From Utricularia gibba (Eukaryota > Plantae > Magnoliophyta): a stretch of 64,000 nucleotides of DNA. Positions 13,185 to 24,900 of this stretch are shown one piece after another. The notes beneath the pieces are model-generated. The model saw only the letters and a program-made list of their open reading frames with translations, was not told the origin of the DNA and searched no databases. The stretch spans positions 5,642,001 through 5,706,000 of the forward strand of contig NEEC01000002.1 of NCBI GenBank assembly GCA_002189035.1, written 5' to 3'. Every line of letters starts with the position of its first letter. The stretch's first letter is position 1. A program made the position numbers and the translations under genes.

Positions 13185-15094
13185 TAGATTTGATAAGTTT
13201 GTCTCATGAAATGTTTTTAGATTTTTGATGCTGTGATGCCTGAAACGTTTGTGCCATAGAGTGGACTGTTTAGAAACAGAAAAGCCACTTCATGAGTATT
13301 TGCTACCTTGATTTGATACAGATTGTTATTGAGCTTCAAGACCATTGTACATCTGTTGTTTATTGGATCAAGGATTCTGATGCCTTCATTTAGTAGCTCC
13401 ACTTGAAAGCCTTGAGTCTGTAATTGTCCCAAGCTTAATAGATTCTGTACAACCTGAGGGGCATAGCACACGTCGTTAATGATAAAAAAGCCGCCAGACA
13501 CTGGTAGATGTATTGTTCCCTTGCCCAGAATTTTTGTTGCATGGCCAGTAGATCCCCATACATTTCTGTTTGCACTCCCCTTCATTTCAGAGAACATATG
13601 CAGATCTGTGCAAATATGATAGGTAGCTCCACTGTCAACATACCAGCCTCTGTTTGCATTGTGCATGCTAGACATCAGGGCGTATTCAGCATCACATGCA
13701 TCTAGTATGGAGATCATCGGTTCTCCTAAATACATAAAGGATGCAGCTTGGTCAGTATTTCTATCCTTGGTTTCTCAATCATTGGAGTTTTGGATTTCTT
13801 TATCGAGCACACCTTTTCCACATGTCCCTTGACATTGCAATACTCACATAGGGCTTCGGGATGATACCAGCATACCTTTGGTTTGTGAAAGAACCTTTGG
13901 CAATGAATACAGGGAACAGCATTTTTCTGCCAACAATTTTCTGAGGCATGGCCACTCTTTCCACAATGAATACAGCCATTTGACTTAGTGTGCTTGTTGG
14001 AGGGCCCGACATCAGGTTTTGAAGCATAGGGAGCCTTAGAGAACATGGAAGATTCAGCACTGAAGTCAGAGGTAATTCTGTTTTCTCTAATTTGCATCTG
14101 TTTTTCAGAGGCTTGCAACTCACCGATAAACTCAGGAAATTTCATAGGTTCTTCATGTCCCGTAATTTTCCGTAGCTTTTCTTCAACCTCAATGGTGCAC
14201 AATTTTGCTTCAAATCTTTCAGGTAGGCTCATCATAGCCTTTTCTATAACCTTGAAGTCTGCGAGGTCTTCTCCCAGACTCGGATTTCATTAACCAGCTT
14301 TGATGTTCTTTCATAATACTGTTTTAGATTCTCTGAATCCTTCATAATGTTTCTCTCAAATTCTTCCATCAGACTTCGACGAGTATATTTTTGCATTTTG
14401 TCTTCACCTCCATAGAGCTCTTGAAGTTTGTCCCAAATTTTCTTAGGCGTATGACAGTCAGCAATCTTGTTGAATACCTCTTCGGTGAGTGCGGCATGTA
14501 GGGCTGTGATGGCTGCATACTTATTTTCCTCAAAAGTTTCTAACTTTTTGAGTTCAGCTGCTGTAGGATTTTCAGACAGGTGAGGTTCACTTACCTCCTT
14601 GGAAATCACTGTCCAGTGCTTCTTGCACTTGAGGTAAGGTGTTATTTTCCTAACCCATCTATGATAGTTCTCGCCAGAGAAGACAAGAATCACTGGAGCG
14701 TTTTTCTGATCACTGAACGACATCACTTAAGATGTGGATTTACAGGTACACGCAGGAACGATCGCTCGGATACCATGAAGAGTTTTGTGTTCAAATCTAA
14801 TTTTGAAAATGAAATGGGAAAATGAGAGAACAAGAACGGCAGACATGTTTTGCCAAAAAAGCTCCTCTCACTAACTAGGGTTTTTGATACAATTTAAATA
14901 TGTCCCATAATTCTTGCAAGAATTATGTCTGCAGGCCCACTAAAGGCCCAAAAACATAAGAAAGCCTGAAGATGATCAGAATTTTTCTGTAGCTGAGTTC
15001 TTTAGTTCTTGAGCGCATCAGACTTGCACCCATATCTATTTCCTCAGAGCTACATTGACCCTTGTGGTTCTCCAGCTGAGGAAGGCTTCCAACA
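13185..15094 (-). mobile_element. Copia A 5' part, mirror copy (5' LTR 14776-15094)
   Basis: Mirror of 3256-5165. The protease ORF 13217..13735 is continuous here. Confidence 0.9.
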
Positions 15095-15382
15095 AATAGG
15101 AGACGGGATGGACCAGGCAAATGTGGAGAGCTGGACTTGATGGTGTTGATATGCCTGGGGAAGGAGCACAACTTTGGGAGTGTTGGGGTGTGCCAACGGC
15201 ATCCATGCATCTCAAAGTTCACTAAGAAAAGAAGAAGCTTCTTAGAATTCCTGAAGAATACAGAACCAGATTATCTGAAAGTACGATGCAGCACTCACAT
15301 AACTGAAACATGGGTCTGGTAAAGGTACGAAGCAAATCGCTTGGTCAGTTTTACCAGGGTATTTCAAGAAGAGCCCCGTAGA

Positions 15383-15754
15383 TCAGACGGATGGATTGAC
15401 TGGAGATTCACGTTCATCACCAACTCCGGTGGAAGAAGAAGGAGCACCAAGATCCCTATCAACAGATTTGCGGGACGGGAGAGGATTTGAACCCTTGATC
15501 ACCCAACCGAGGGCGAAGAACGAGAGACCGGCGATAATAGCAGTGCCCCACGCGTGAGAATACCATTTACTGTACTGTCTGATAGCGAATCGCCACTGCT
15601 CTCTCAGAGTCGCCGCGTCAGGGTTCACCGTTTCCGGCGGATTGGGATAACGGTGGCCCTGAGGAATTCCTCTCCCTCTGCCACTCGAGACGTCCGGCGG
15701 AGAGGCTTTCTGGGCCGACTCAGAAGAGGAGGAGTTCCGCTGGGAGTCGCTCAT
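15383..15754 (-). CDS. Small TM protein, copy 2
   Basis: Translation identical to 2596..2967. Confidence 0.8.
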   Translation of the reverse strand: MSDSQRNSSSSESAQKASPPDVSSGRGRGIPQGHRYPNPPETVNPDAATLREQWRFAIRQYSKWYSHAWGTAIIAGLSFFALGWVIKGSNPLPSRKSVDRDLGAPSSSTGVGDERESPVNPSV

Positions 15755-16507
15755 CAAGATCGGTCGAACCCTCCGTCACATCCCAGATACCGCAGGATAT
15801 TACTGCTGGCCCGAAGTGGTGTACATTCGATTCGAGAGCAAGTTATGGGCCTGTACCTTCAAGGCCCATTTTAAAAGAGCCACATCATTCCAGGCCCACC
15901 TTATTGCATAAAGTCCAGTCCATCACTGGAGCATACCAGGAAGGGATTTCGGGCGTTCACACTTACTGAACGCGATTTTTCAAATTGTGTGTCAAAATGA
16001 TTTGTCAAGGTCAGCTTCTGTAAAATCAGACATCAAAAACGAAAAGAATGAGCGCATTTTTAAAATTTTTCTTGTTAATTTATAATTAATCTCTTATTTA
16101 ATCATTAAATAGTTATTGAATCAATTTAATAAATTTTGAATTTAATAACAGAATCTTAATTTATTATTTTAATACACAATGGTTACAAATTAAAATTTTT
16201 AAATATTAAAAAGAATCAATTTAGTAAATTATGAAAAGAGAACAATTCCTAGTTACGCCAATTTCGAGCATGAGGAAAAGAAAGTGTCATCTGGGCATTG
16301 AATTGTTCAGATTAGGCATTTCTCCATCTTGGAGGAGAGACCCACACGCGGCCAGGGACATGTCGTACTTTGAATTCAGCAACACGTCAAGAAGTGGACG
16401 CTTTCCGTTCCCAGATTCCTAAGATTCCTATAAATTCACAGACGCCGGGCAGCCAGTGGATCATTCAGCTTGAAGAAGAAGAAGAAGAACAACAACAACA
16501 ACAAAAC

Positions 16508-17810
16508 ATGGGTTCCATGTCTCGGCTCTTGCTCCTGGGTGCTGTTATTGCTATGGTTTCTGGTCTTGTCTCCTCACAGAGTAATCGTAATCCCGTGTGC
16601 CCATTTCCCTATCTTTACCATTTCGGCGACGGCGCCACTGACGTCGGAAACTCCGTCCTGGTGCAACCCTGGGGACCATCGCTTCCGGCCACACGTCCGC
16701 CCTACGGCCGCACATATCCAGGCAGCCCCAACGGGCGGTGGTCCGATGGTCTCGTAGATTTCGACTTCGCAGCCTTCGACTTCGGATTCCCGGAAGTCGT
16801 ACCGTACCTATCGGAGAGGTCCAACTCCAGCAACGGCGTCATCTTTTCGGTTGCCAGAAGTCCGGTGATGGATCCCGGCTTCTTCTCCCGGAGAGGCATC
16901 ACCATTCCACCTTACGCAGTTTCCCTCGACGCCCAACTCGAATGGTTCAGAACCCATCTGCAATCTGTCTGCGGATCTTCATCTGAGTGCATCGCGGATC
17001 GACTAGCCAACTCGCTGGTGCTGCTGGGAGACCTCGAAGCGAACGACATCGGGTACGCCCTCATGGAAGGGAGGACCCTTCAGGAAGCGCAGTCTTTCAT
17101 CGGCCCCATCACAAGGGAACAAATCAAGACCACAAGGGTACATAAAGCCATTTTCTTTGCTCGAATCATGCCTGCAAGTTGCATTTGTTGATGCTAACAC
17201 CACCGCCTGACTTGCAGGAGCTCATCAGAATGGGTGCCAGGCTCATCGTCATTCCGGGCAGCGCTCCCCTTGGATGCTTCCCGTACATCCTGAACGCTCT
17301 GCCCTCCAACGATCCCACGGCGTATGATCGTTTGGGATGCCTCAGCAGCGTGAACAGGCTGATCACTTTGAAAAACAACTATCTGCGCCAAGCCATCAAC
17401 AGGTTGGGCCAGGAGTTCCCCAACGTCACCCTCATCTACGGGGCCTTCGACGAGGGCTTCATACAAGTTCTCGACAGACTGAATCAAGGCAAGTCCATGA
17501 GCCCTTATTACAACTATTACAGAAAGAGATTCTTATTGGAAAGAATTAACATATTCACTTGCGACTGATTGCAGAAGGCCATGCGGACACTGCCCTGCAA
17601 ACTTGTTGCGGGATCGGAGGCAGATACAACTATAGCAGCAACAGGTTCTGTGGGACTGCGGGGGTGCCCGCGTGCTCGAATCCCGAGCATCATATGTTTT
17701 GGGACGGCATACACTTTACGCAGGAGATCGCGGTCCGGATCGAACAAAGCCTCATTCAACCAACGCTGGCGGCTCTCAACTGCACAGCCCTACCAACTGC
17801 CTTCTCTTGA
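16508..17810 (+). CDS. GDSL esterase/lipase-like protein, copy 2 (Ser-to-Gly in block I)
   Basis: Exons 16508-17137, 17218-17488 and 17575-17810. GT-AG then GC-AG introns. 378 aa. Confidence 0.9.
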
Positions 17811-18855
17811 GGAACTGAAATCCATTTTTTTCTTTTTTGAGCTCTCAAGTGAAGAGCCTTTGTCTCATACATTCTTTGATTCGTTCTAATTAATCAGCAA
17901 ATGTAAGCTCATTTGTTCTAAAGCCATATGAACTTCTTTTGTATTGGATGTAACATTATCCTACCAACAGACGATGTTTGATGGAACGAGACGCTGGGGA
18001 AGAATTTCAATTGTTTTTGCGTCAAATTAAGTTATAAAGTGAAGACAATCACTCATCTTTCTCACCTTTCAGAACAATTATTTGATTTAGGAAGAACTAA
18101 AAAATGTCTCACGTATTTTGCTTTGATTTTTGCATTTCTTCGCAGTTGCTCTTGACTATGAACAGCGCTATATTTGCTTTTACTTTTATTTGTTGCTACA
18201 TGAGTCGTGTGTTTCCAGGAACCCCATTCTTGGGTAGTGTTTCTGTAAGTTGATCTGTTTTTCTTACAACTTTGGCGCTCCTTTTCAAACCTATTTCTTT
18301 TCTCAGTACAAACTTTTGCTCTTTTTGCTACTTGTTGGATCTTGGGGAATGAAGAGAATAAGCAGTCAATCACCCTTGAGTGAAATGAGAACTAAATGGC
18401 CGTAGGTCAAGGAGAAGCTTCACGTGTGGAGACACTCCCACCCTAGAAGTCTGCTGCAATTTATCTTGGTTTTACTTTCAACTTCTTGAGCTTGTTAACT
18501 TCCCTGTTGTTGAAATTTGCAGTTTCTGTTCTGATCGTAACTCACTGCAATACTCAGCTAGGCAAGATTTTACCCAACAACAGAGTGTCTGGAAGATGGT
18601 GCACTGATAAAGTATGAACAGAGCAAATGAAACAGAGTGAAGGCAGATGGTACTTAGATTCTCAGAAAAAACTTGTCCAAATGGATACAACGGAACAGAA
18701 CTTGAATAAACTAATGTGCAACAACTAAAAATATGGCTTGCGCAGCAACAAGAATCTCAGGGAAGTGGCAGAGAAGTGGGATGCTGACTCCCATGTGTGT
18801 GGTCAGCTTGGCTTGGCTGTCAGGAAAAACAGCCATTTCCTTGCCAGTATGGTTG

Positions 18856-19446
18856 CTAAATCACCAACTTCGAAATGAAACGATCCAGAGCGGGAATCAG
18901 AGACTGAAAGACCTTGTAATAGGCAGTCTGAGTCGGGTGTACGCTGTCCCAAAACACGTACTTGGAGGGATCGCTGCACGATGGGGCTCCGAAACTACAG
19001 GGCAATGAGATTCCGGCGACTTCCCCGCCACAGCAACCGCGGTTTACGACGTTGAAACCTGGAGGAGCATAACAGAACGAAGGCCTTGATGCAAAAATCT
19101 AAAAGCTATAATGGTAAGAGTCTACTCCAAGGAAGCATGCAATTTATTTACAGTAGTTAAAAAGGTTTTCCCAAAGAGATGTTACCGTAGAGGTGAGGCC
19201 GTTTGATGATCTCCATCACCGGATTAAAAATGTCGAGGTACAAGACGTTGGTTGTGTAGCCTCGAAACGACGCCACTTTAGCTTGGAGTTGGCGAGAGTA
19301 GTCTCTTGCAACGTTCGATATCCACTCCAGGCAAGTTCTCTGAGTCGAAGTGAACCCCGACTCAACGGTGATCACTGCCGGCACACACCCGAACGGCGGC
19401 ATTCCGACCACAAGGATGTTCCGAACCCCCAACTTCAAAAGCCCCT

Positions 19447-19489
<43 letters not shown>

Positions 19490-20293
19490 ATTTTTTTCCC
19501 ATCCATAGAGAAAGCGTATTGGGTGGCTTTACCCGGATGAGGTTCTCCTCCTGCTGAAGAATGAACTTCTGGTAAGCATCAAGGGTGTAAGTTGCGTTTC
19601 GTATCGGCAACGGGAAGAAGTTGGCAATGAAGTCATTTGATCCTGCGCTGATCACAGCAGAAGATCTCCTCAGCAGCCTCTCAGTCTTGGCCTTTCCAAT
19701 GTAACCCTCCATTCTCGACTTATAGTCCTTGAAGTAGCCCAGTTGCGCATCCATGGAAAGCACACTCTGCGGACCGCGATTCACAAAACATGGTATGAAA
19801 AGCCGATCAATGAACATAAGATAGTTACCGAGATGGTTGCTGTCAGGGGATCGAAGCCCGTACTGGCAGAGGCAAAGCACACTCCAGTTTTGAGGTCATC
19901 CACGGTGAGGCTGGAGTCCAAGTAGGGAGGAATCAGCTCCTTGATCCCAAAGTATGAAGCTGCAACACGTGTCACCAAGCACATTGTTTGTCAGTGCAAT
20001 CGCATTAAATCAGAGTGGTTATGCTTCCACTGACCGATGTAATCAGTGACGAGTTTGCCGTTGGTGAACCTTCCGGAGGCAACTTTTCCGGGGAAATCTT
20101 TTCCGTAGGGAGGGTAGTTGCTCCTCGAGGTGGTGAGGAGGAAGTTATTGTTGCCAGAGTCGACGGTGGAGTCCCCGAACACGAACAGCGCCGTCATATT
20201 CGTGCGCAGGCTCCGGCATTCCGCCGTGGGCGGCGACACAATGTGGAGCATAAGCAACCCGAGAGCCCCATGGAGGAATACCTTGGGAGACAT
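18856..20293 (-). CDS. Canonical GDSL esterase/lipase (361 aa, 5 exons)
   Basis: Exons 20035-20293, 19829-19959, 19533-19766, 19186-19444 and 18856-19058 splice in frame. FGDSTVDSGNN, GRFTNG, GSND, PFGCVP and FWDSVHPT; Ser, Asp and His all present. Confidence 0.93.
19449..19488. repeat. A40 homopolymer (T40 directly before the intron 3 acceptor)
   Basis: 40 consecutive A, followed on the minus strand by GCAG|GGG. Confidence 0.95.
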
Positions 20294-20831
20294 GCTGCGT
20301 CCGGAGGAGGAGAGAGCCTTGTTTTCTGTGGACGCATCCGGCAGACATATTCATGCCGGTGGAGACCGGGCCCGCTCTCCTGTGGTAGGAGTTGTTGAGA
20401 AAATGGCACCCAGAGTTAATGCAACCCCCCGGCAGAGTTCTAAATCCCACGGCGGAGGCTCCTCCGTGATGCGGCTACCTAATCCTTGTTTTACCCACTG
20501 CAACCATGTCTCTGAGCTAATTTGATGGGCCTTGTTTTCCACATACAAACAGATTACACCAAGGGACGCAATAAGCATTCATGTCTAGCAAATGGAGGAT
20601 CTGGCTGACGCTGACACCGGGGCCGACCTGCTTTTAAGAGATTTAGGGGGTCTCTACCTACCTACCACGGCCCGGCGGGCAACTCCATTACCTCACATGG
20701 GCGCCACAACACGTCTGTACGTTTGCAAGTGTTGTAGCTTTCAAGCTCCCTTGAAAAAGACATTGTTTCGGTACAGGCTTTCAGACACAACGCTGGCTTT
20801 CTCCTACTACCAAATGAAGTGCCTAAATCTA

Positions 20832-21878
20832 TCATTCTCTACTTATATCGACGCTCCTAACCAAGGCGAAGTAGGAGTTGGGATTCATCGACATCAGCAG
20901 CTCCAACACTACCACCCCATTCGGACGAGCTAGCTTAAGCCGTGGTTCCAGCAACCCTGGAAATGATTGTGTTAGCCATGTTGGATGTATGAGAGCCCTG
21001 AATGATGAATCACACTGGCTATTTGTGTACCTGGGGACAGGTGCTTGCCACGATACAGATCTTTGGCAAGTGGGTTTGCAGCCCAGTTATTAACAGCGGC
21101 CCTGTTGGTAGGCTGAAATCCTATGACAGTCCCATCGCCTGACAACACTAGCTGCGTATAGAGAGAAAAAAATATATCATCAGGTGGCAAGTGTTACCAT
21201 TTTTCATGGCGTTGCATCGATTGGGATACAACAGCAATGCGATTCTTGGGTTTTCAGCATCCCAATTAGTTATTTAAAACGTAACATGTTAGAACTATGC
21301 ATATATAAGTGCAAGGACGTTTAAAGTGCACCGTTACAGCTTCAACATAACACAAACCGGGTTTAATTCCACTAAAATATAAAACATGTCTAGTCCACAG
21401 CTTTAACACCAATTGGAGAGGCACGCATCAGACAAGAAGCCATAAAAGATGCATAAATATCTGGAACTGAAACAAGAAATATCAAATCAAGGCTCTGCAT
21501 TTGGAATATTTGGAAGTTCCCAACACGCATACCATTTGAAAGTTGTTAGTTCTAACACGATTTGACACCTTAGAATAAGATAAACAGAAAGAACGTTCAA
21601 TAAAAATGTCAAGTTGTGCAGTTAAAGAGGAGCATTAATCAGAATATCACCTGATAAGTAAGAATGCTTTCTAACCCCTTCCTCTCTTCATCACCTTCTA
21701 CAACTGGTGTTGACTTGGAGGAAGGGCTGACGATATTGATCATGGTATCATCCATCGTTCTGAGGAATGCCGGAAGTTCTCCAATCCAAGCAACACCCTG
21801 TGGATGTGATTGTGCCTCTCCAGGCCAACCATAGTGATCTTTAATTCTTGAAATTATCCGCATACAGTATTCTTCCAA
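20832..21878 (-). CDS. Last three exons of an unnamed plant gene
   Basis: Exons 21651-21878, 21031-21151 and 20832-20956 have GT-AG sites and join in frame: LEEYCMRIISRIKDHYGW...ILTYQ/LVLSGDGTVIGFQPTNRAAVNNWAANPLAKDLYRGKHLSP/GLLEPRLKLARPNGVVVLELLMSMNPNSYFALVRSVDISRE*. Confidence 0.8.
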
Positions 21879-21974
21879 CTGCATAAGGATAAACCAAAAG
21901 ATGTCAAATGCACTTTTACTAACGAATCCAATCTAAAGACTGAAAGAAAATTAATGACATTCATGAATTGTAAA
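21384..21974 (+). repeat. Direct duplication, copy A (intron-exon-intron)
   Basis: Aligns to 32550-32917 at roughly 85-90% by eye. Copy B lacks 21645-21883. Confidence 0.9.
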
Positions 21975-21989
21975 CCAAGAATTACTCAT

Positions 21990-24900
21990 GGTGTACTCAT
22001 GGTTTGTTAGATACAAGAGTTAAAGACACACCACACCCCTTCACCTTAAGGTATTCTTAAGACTCTAGCTACTCATGCTTTGGAAATAAAACATGATTTC
22101 ATTCATATAAGCTGGTTAAAATAGCAGAAACATTGTAAACAAGTCAACTGCAGAAACTCAAAAATGTTCAGAAAACTAGAAAGTAAATAAAGATTGTTCT
22201 TGCGCTCGTTAGCTACTGTTCACAACCCAGAACAGTAGCATTGGACTGGGCTCCGGTGTTGTTCTTAATGATGGAGGCGTTCCCCTTTCCTCCGTTCTCT
22301 CTCTTTGTCTCCGAGTGGGGAAGAAAATGTGCTCTCCTTCCTGCTCTCTCCTTTTCGAAAATAATATCTTCCCTCATTTACTCCCACGCACTATTCTTGA
22401 CTGTCGTACTGTTTTTGACCGCCAGTACTGCTTTTGACCTAAACTTGCAGACTACGGTGGTAGCAAAATAATGCTCTTTGTCCTTCTTCGGATTTTGTGC
22501 CATTTTTCGCTTGTTTCACATGTTTGTTAATCTGGTTTTCAGCTCATCTCTCTGCTGAACTTACTAAAACATTAGTAATAAGAGTTGTGGACTAAATCAA
22601 AGGATTTAGTCCACTTTTCAACATAATCCTATAGGATTAGCATAAACACCACTAAAACATGAAAAATCATATTTATTCGACCTAAATCATAATAAAATAT
22701 AGCTATTTTATGTTATGAATTTCAGGAAAAATGTGTGTCATCATAATATGCTACAATGACACGAGACTTGTCCCCAAGTCCTACCTAAGACTAACAGAAA
22801 ACTAGTTCCTTCAACTTCAGCAATAAACATAAACAATTGAAAATAAATTTCGGTGCATGAACTAAAGAAGTGCAAGTGTGCATGTCATTTCATCACTCAA
22901 ATGTGCATGAATAGATTACTCTTGAGGAGTGTTTTTGTAGATCATATCTCATAGAATTGATTCCTTCAAAGTCACTTAAGGTCACGGTTGCCAACCCCTT
23001 TTTTTTCTTTTTTTTTTGTATAGTGAAGGGGTAGCTTGTTCCAGACTAGTCCAAGCATAGTGTGACTGCCTTTTCTTTTTCTTGAGTGTTGGCCAAGCAC
23101 TCACACCTTATAACACCAGGCTCCTTCATACTCCTCCGAATTATTCTATCATCAATCACCTCTTCACTATTTATTGAGTCTGCACATGCTCTTTTAATAT
23201 GTGCTGCTTTTTAGGACTTGGGTCTCAATTTTTTTCTTTTTTTTTTCTTTTCAGACCCTTTATTCACCTCTCTTGTTTTTCGTGGTTGGCGACCTGTTCC
23301 ACAATGACTATGAAGTTCAACAGTTCATATAAAAATGATCTAGAGCACACTTCTTAGATTCCTCGGGTCATGCAGATGCTCTCATAAAATAAAAAGATAA
23401 AAACATGCTCATGGGTATCAAAAAGGTCTACAAAACTCATGCAACAAAATTCATTTAGTAGCTATAATGTTCAACCACTTAGCCATCGGAAACAGTTTAG
23501 ACCTATGTTAAACACGACTCTAAGTCTAGACTTAGACTAATAGATAGCATCCTTTGATGTAAACATAATCCCAAATATGAAAATAAAACAAAACAAAGAT
23601 AAAAACCTACTATACTAAATCGTTCTAGCAACAAGTTACTTGTTTAGGGAGGTGTCAACCACTCCCTGTTTTAACTCAGAGATCACTCTAATCAAATCTG
23701 AAATTTTGTCGCTCATCACCTCCAAGATTTCTGGGCAATAGCAGCGTTTCTCCCCTAGAGCTGGGGTTGAGGTTGATTGCACAGCAGTATCTCTTTTCTT
23801 CTTTCTTGGGATAACACTTCCTTCCAGTCCTGCCAAAGATCTAAAGATAAACCCACTTCCTTGGGCTTTGATTAGTCCAGCAACTTTTAATGAATACACA
23901 TCCAATGGCACTATCTTAGTCTCAACATGGAAGAATTCAAGTTCAGACAGCTTTTCCGGACACAAAGTATTAACAAGATGCGTAACAATATGACCGAAAC
24001 TGAGTTGCTGAATTTTAGTACGCCTATAATCTCTATTCATTTGCTCAGAAAGCATTGCACCTAAGTTCAGAGATCGTTTATTCATAATGCACCACAACAC
24101 AAATAGTTCACGTTTATAAAGAGCATTAAATCCAATATTTTTTCCAAAAAAAGTTGTAGTGACTAATATATGAACATAACGCATGAATGGTTCAACAAAC
24201 AGGTCAGATTTCGTTCCCTTTGCCTTAAACTCAATGACATGCTGATCAGTTAAAATCCCATAAAATTCTTCAGCATCAAAGTTTGTTGGATAATCGAATA
24301 AAGAAGCAGTGAAATCATACGAATCTACTTGCTGTTTTGAGCAAAAACCAAGAGCAACATTCCACTCAGCTAAAGAAAATGAAAACTCAGTGTCCATCAG
24401 ACGAAAGCAAACAGCAGCGGGTTCCAAAACAGTTTCTGGAATTTTCTAAGTGAAAGTCGAAGCAAATTCATATGACAGTTCCACATAAGCAAGGAGTTTT
24501 AACTCAAATAAAGTCATGAAGGCAAAATTCTCAAACATGGTGTAAACCTTGTCCACTATGTTTAACTCAATAAGGATCTCGAAATCAATATGACGGCACC
24601 TTTTACCTCTCTGTACCTGTCCATGTATTCTGCTGTCTCAAACTTCAGGTATTTTTCATTTAACATATCAGCATGGTGCTTGAAATAGGAAATTCCCTTC
24701 TCGGTCATTTGTCGCTGAAATCACTCCCTTTCCACTGCGAATCTCCCTTCATTCATGAACATAGAGACTAATTTTGGAAGAAATTTCTTTACCTTCTCCA
24801 TCCCTTCCTGCTCTTCTTCTGTTATGCTTGCAGCAGTTTCTGCAGGTAGACTTCCATGCTCCTTCCGGCCTCGGACTAGTGGTTGCCTTCTGTTCAGCCT

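Larger units (their letters stand above)
10662..18349 (-). repeat. Right arm of large inverted duplication
   Basis: Reverse complement of 1-7687. The only difference noticed is GGG vs GG in the Copia protease region (about 13519 vs 4830). Confidence 0.97.

Noticed and set aside
18062-18373. 103-aa Lys-rich ORF (also 49936..50247)
   Set aside because: Low-complexity 3' flank of the GDSL-like gene with no recognisable domain; it recurs only because the region is duplicated.
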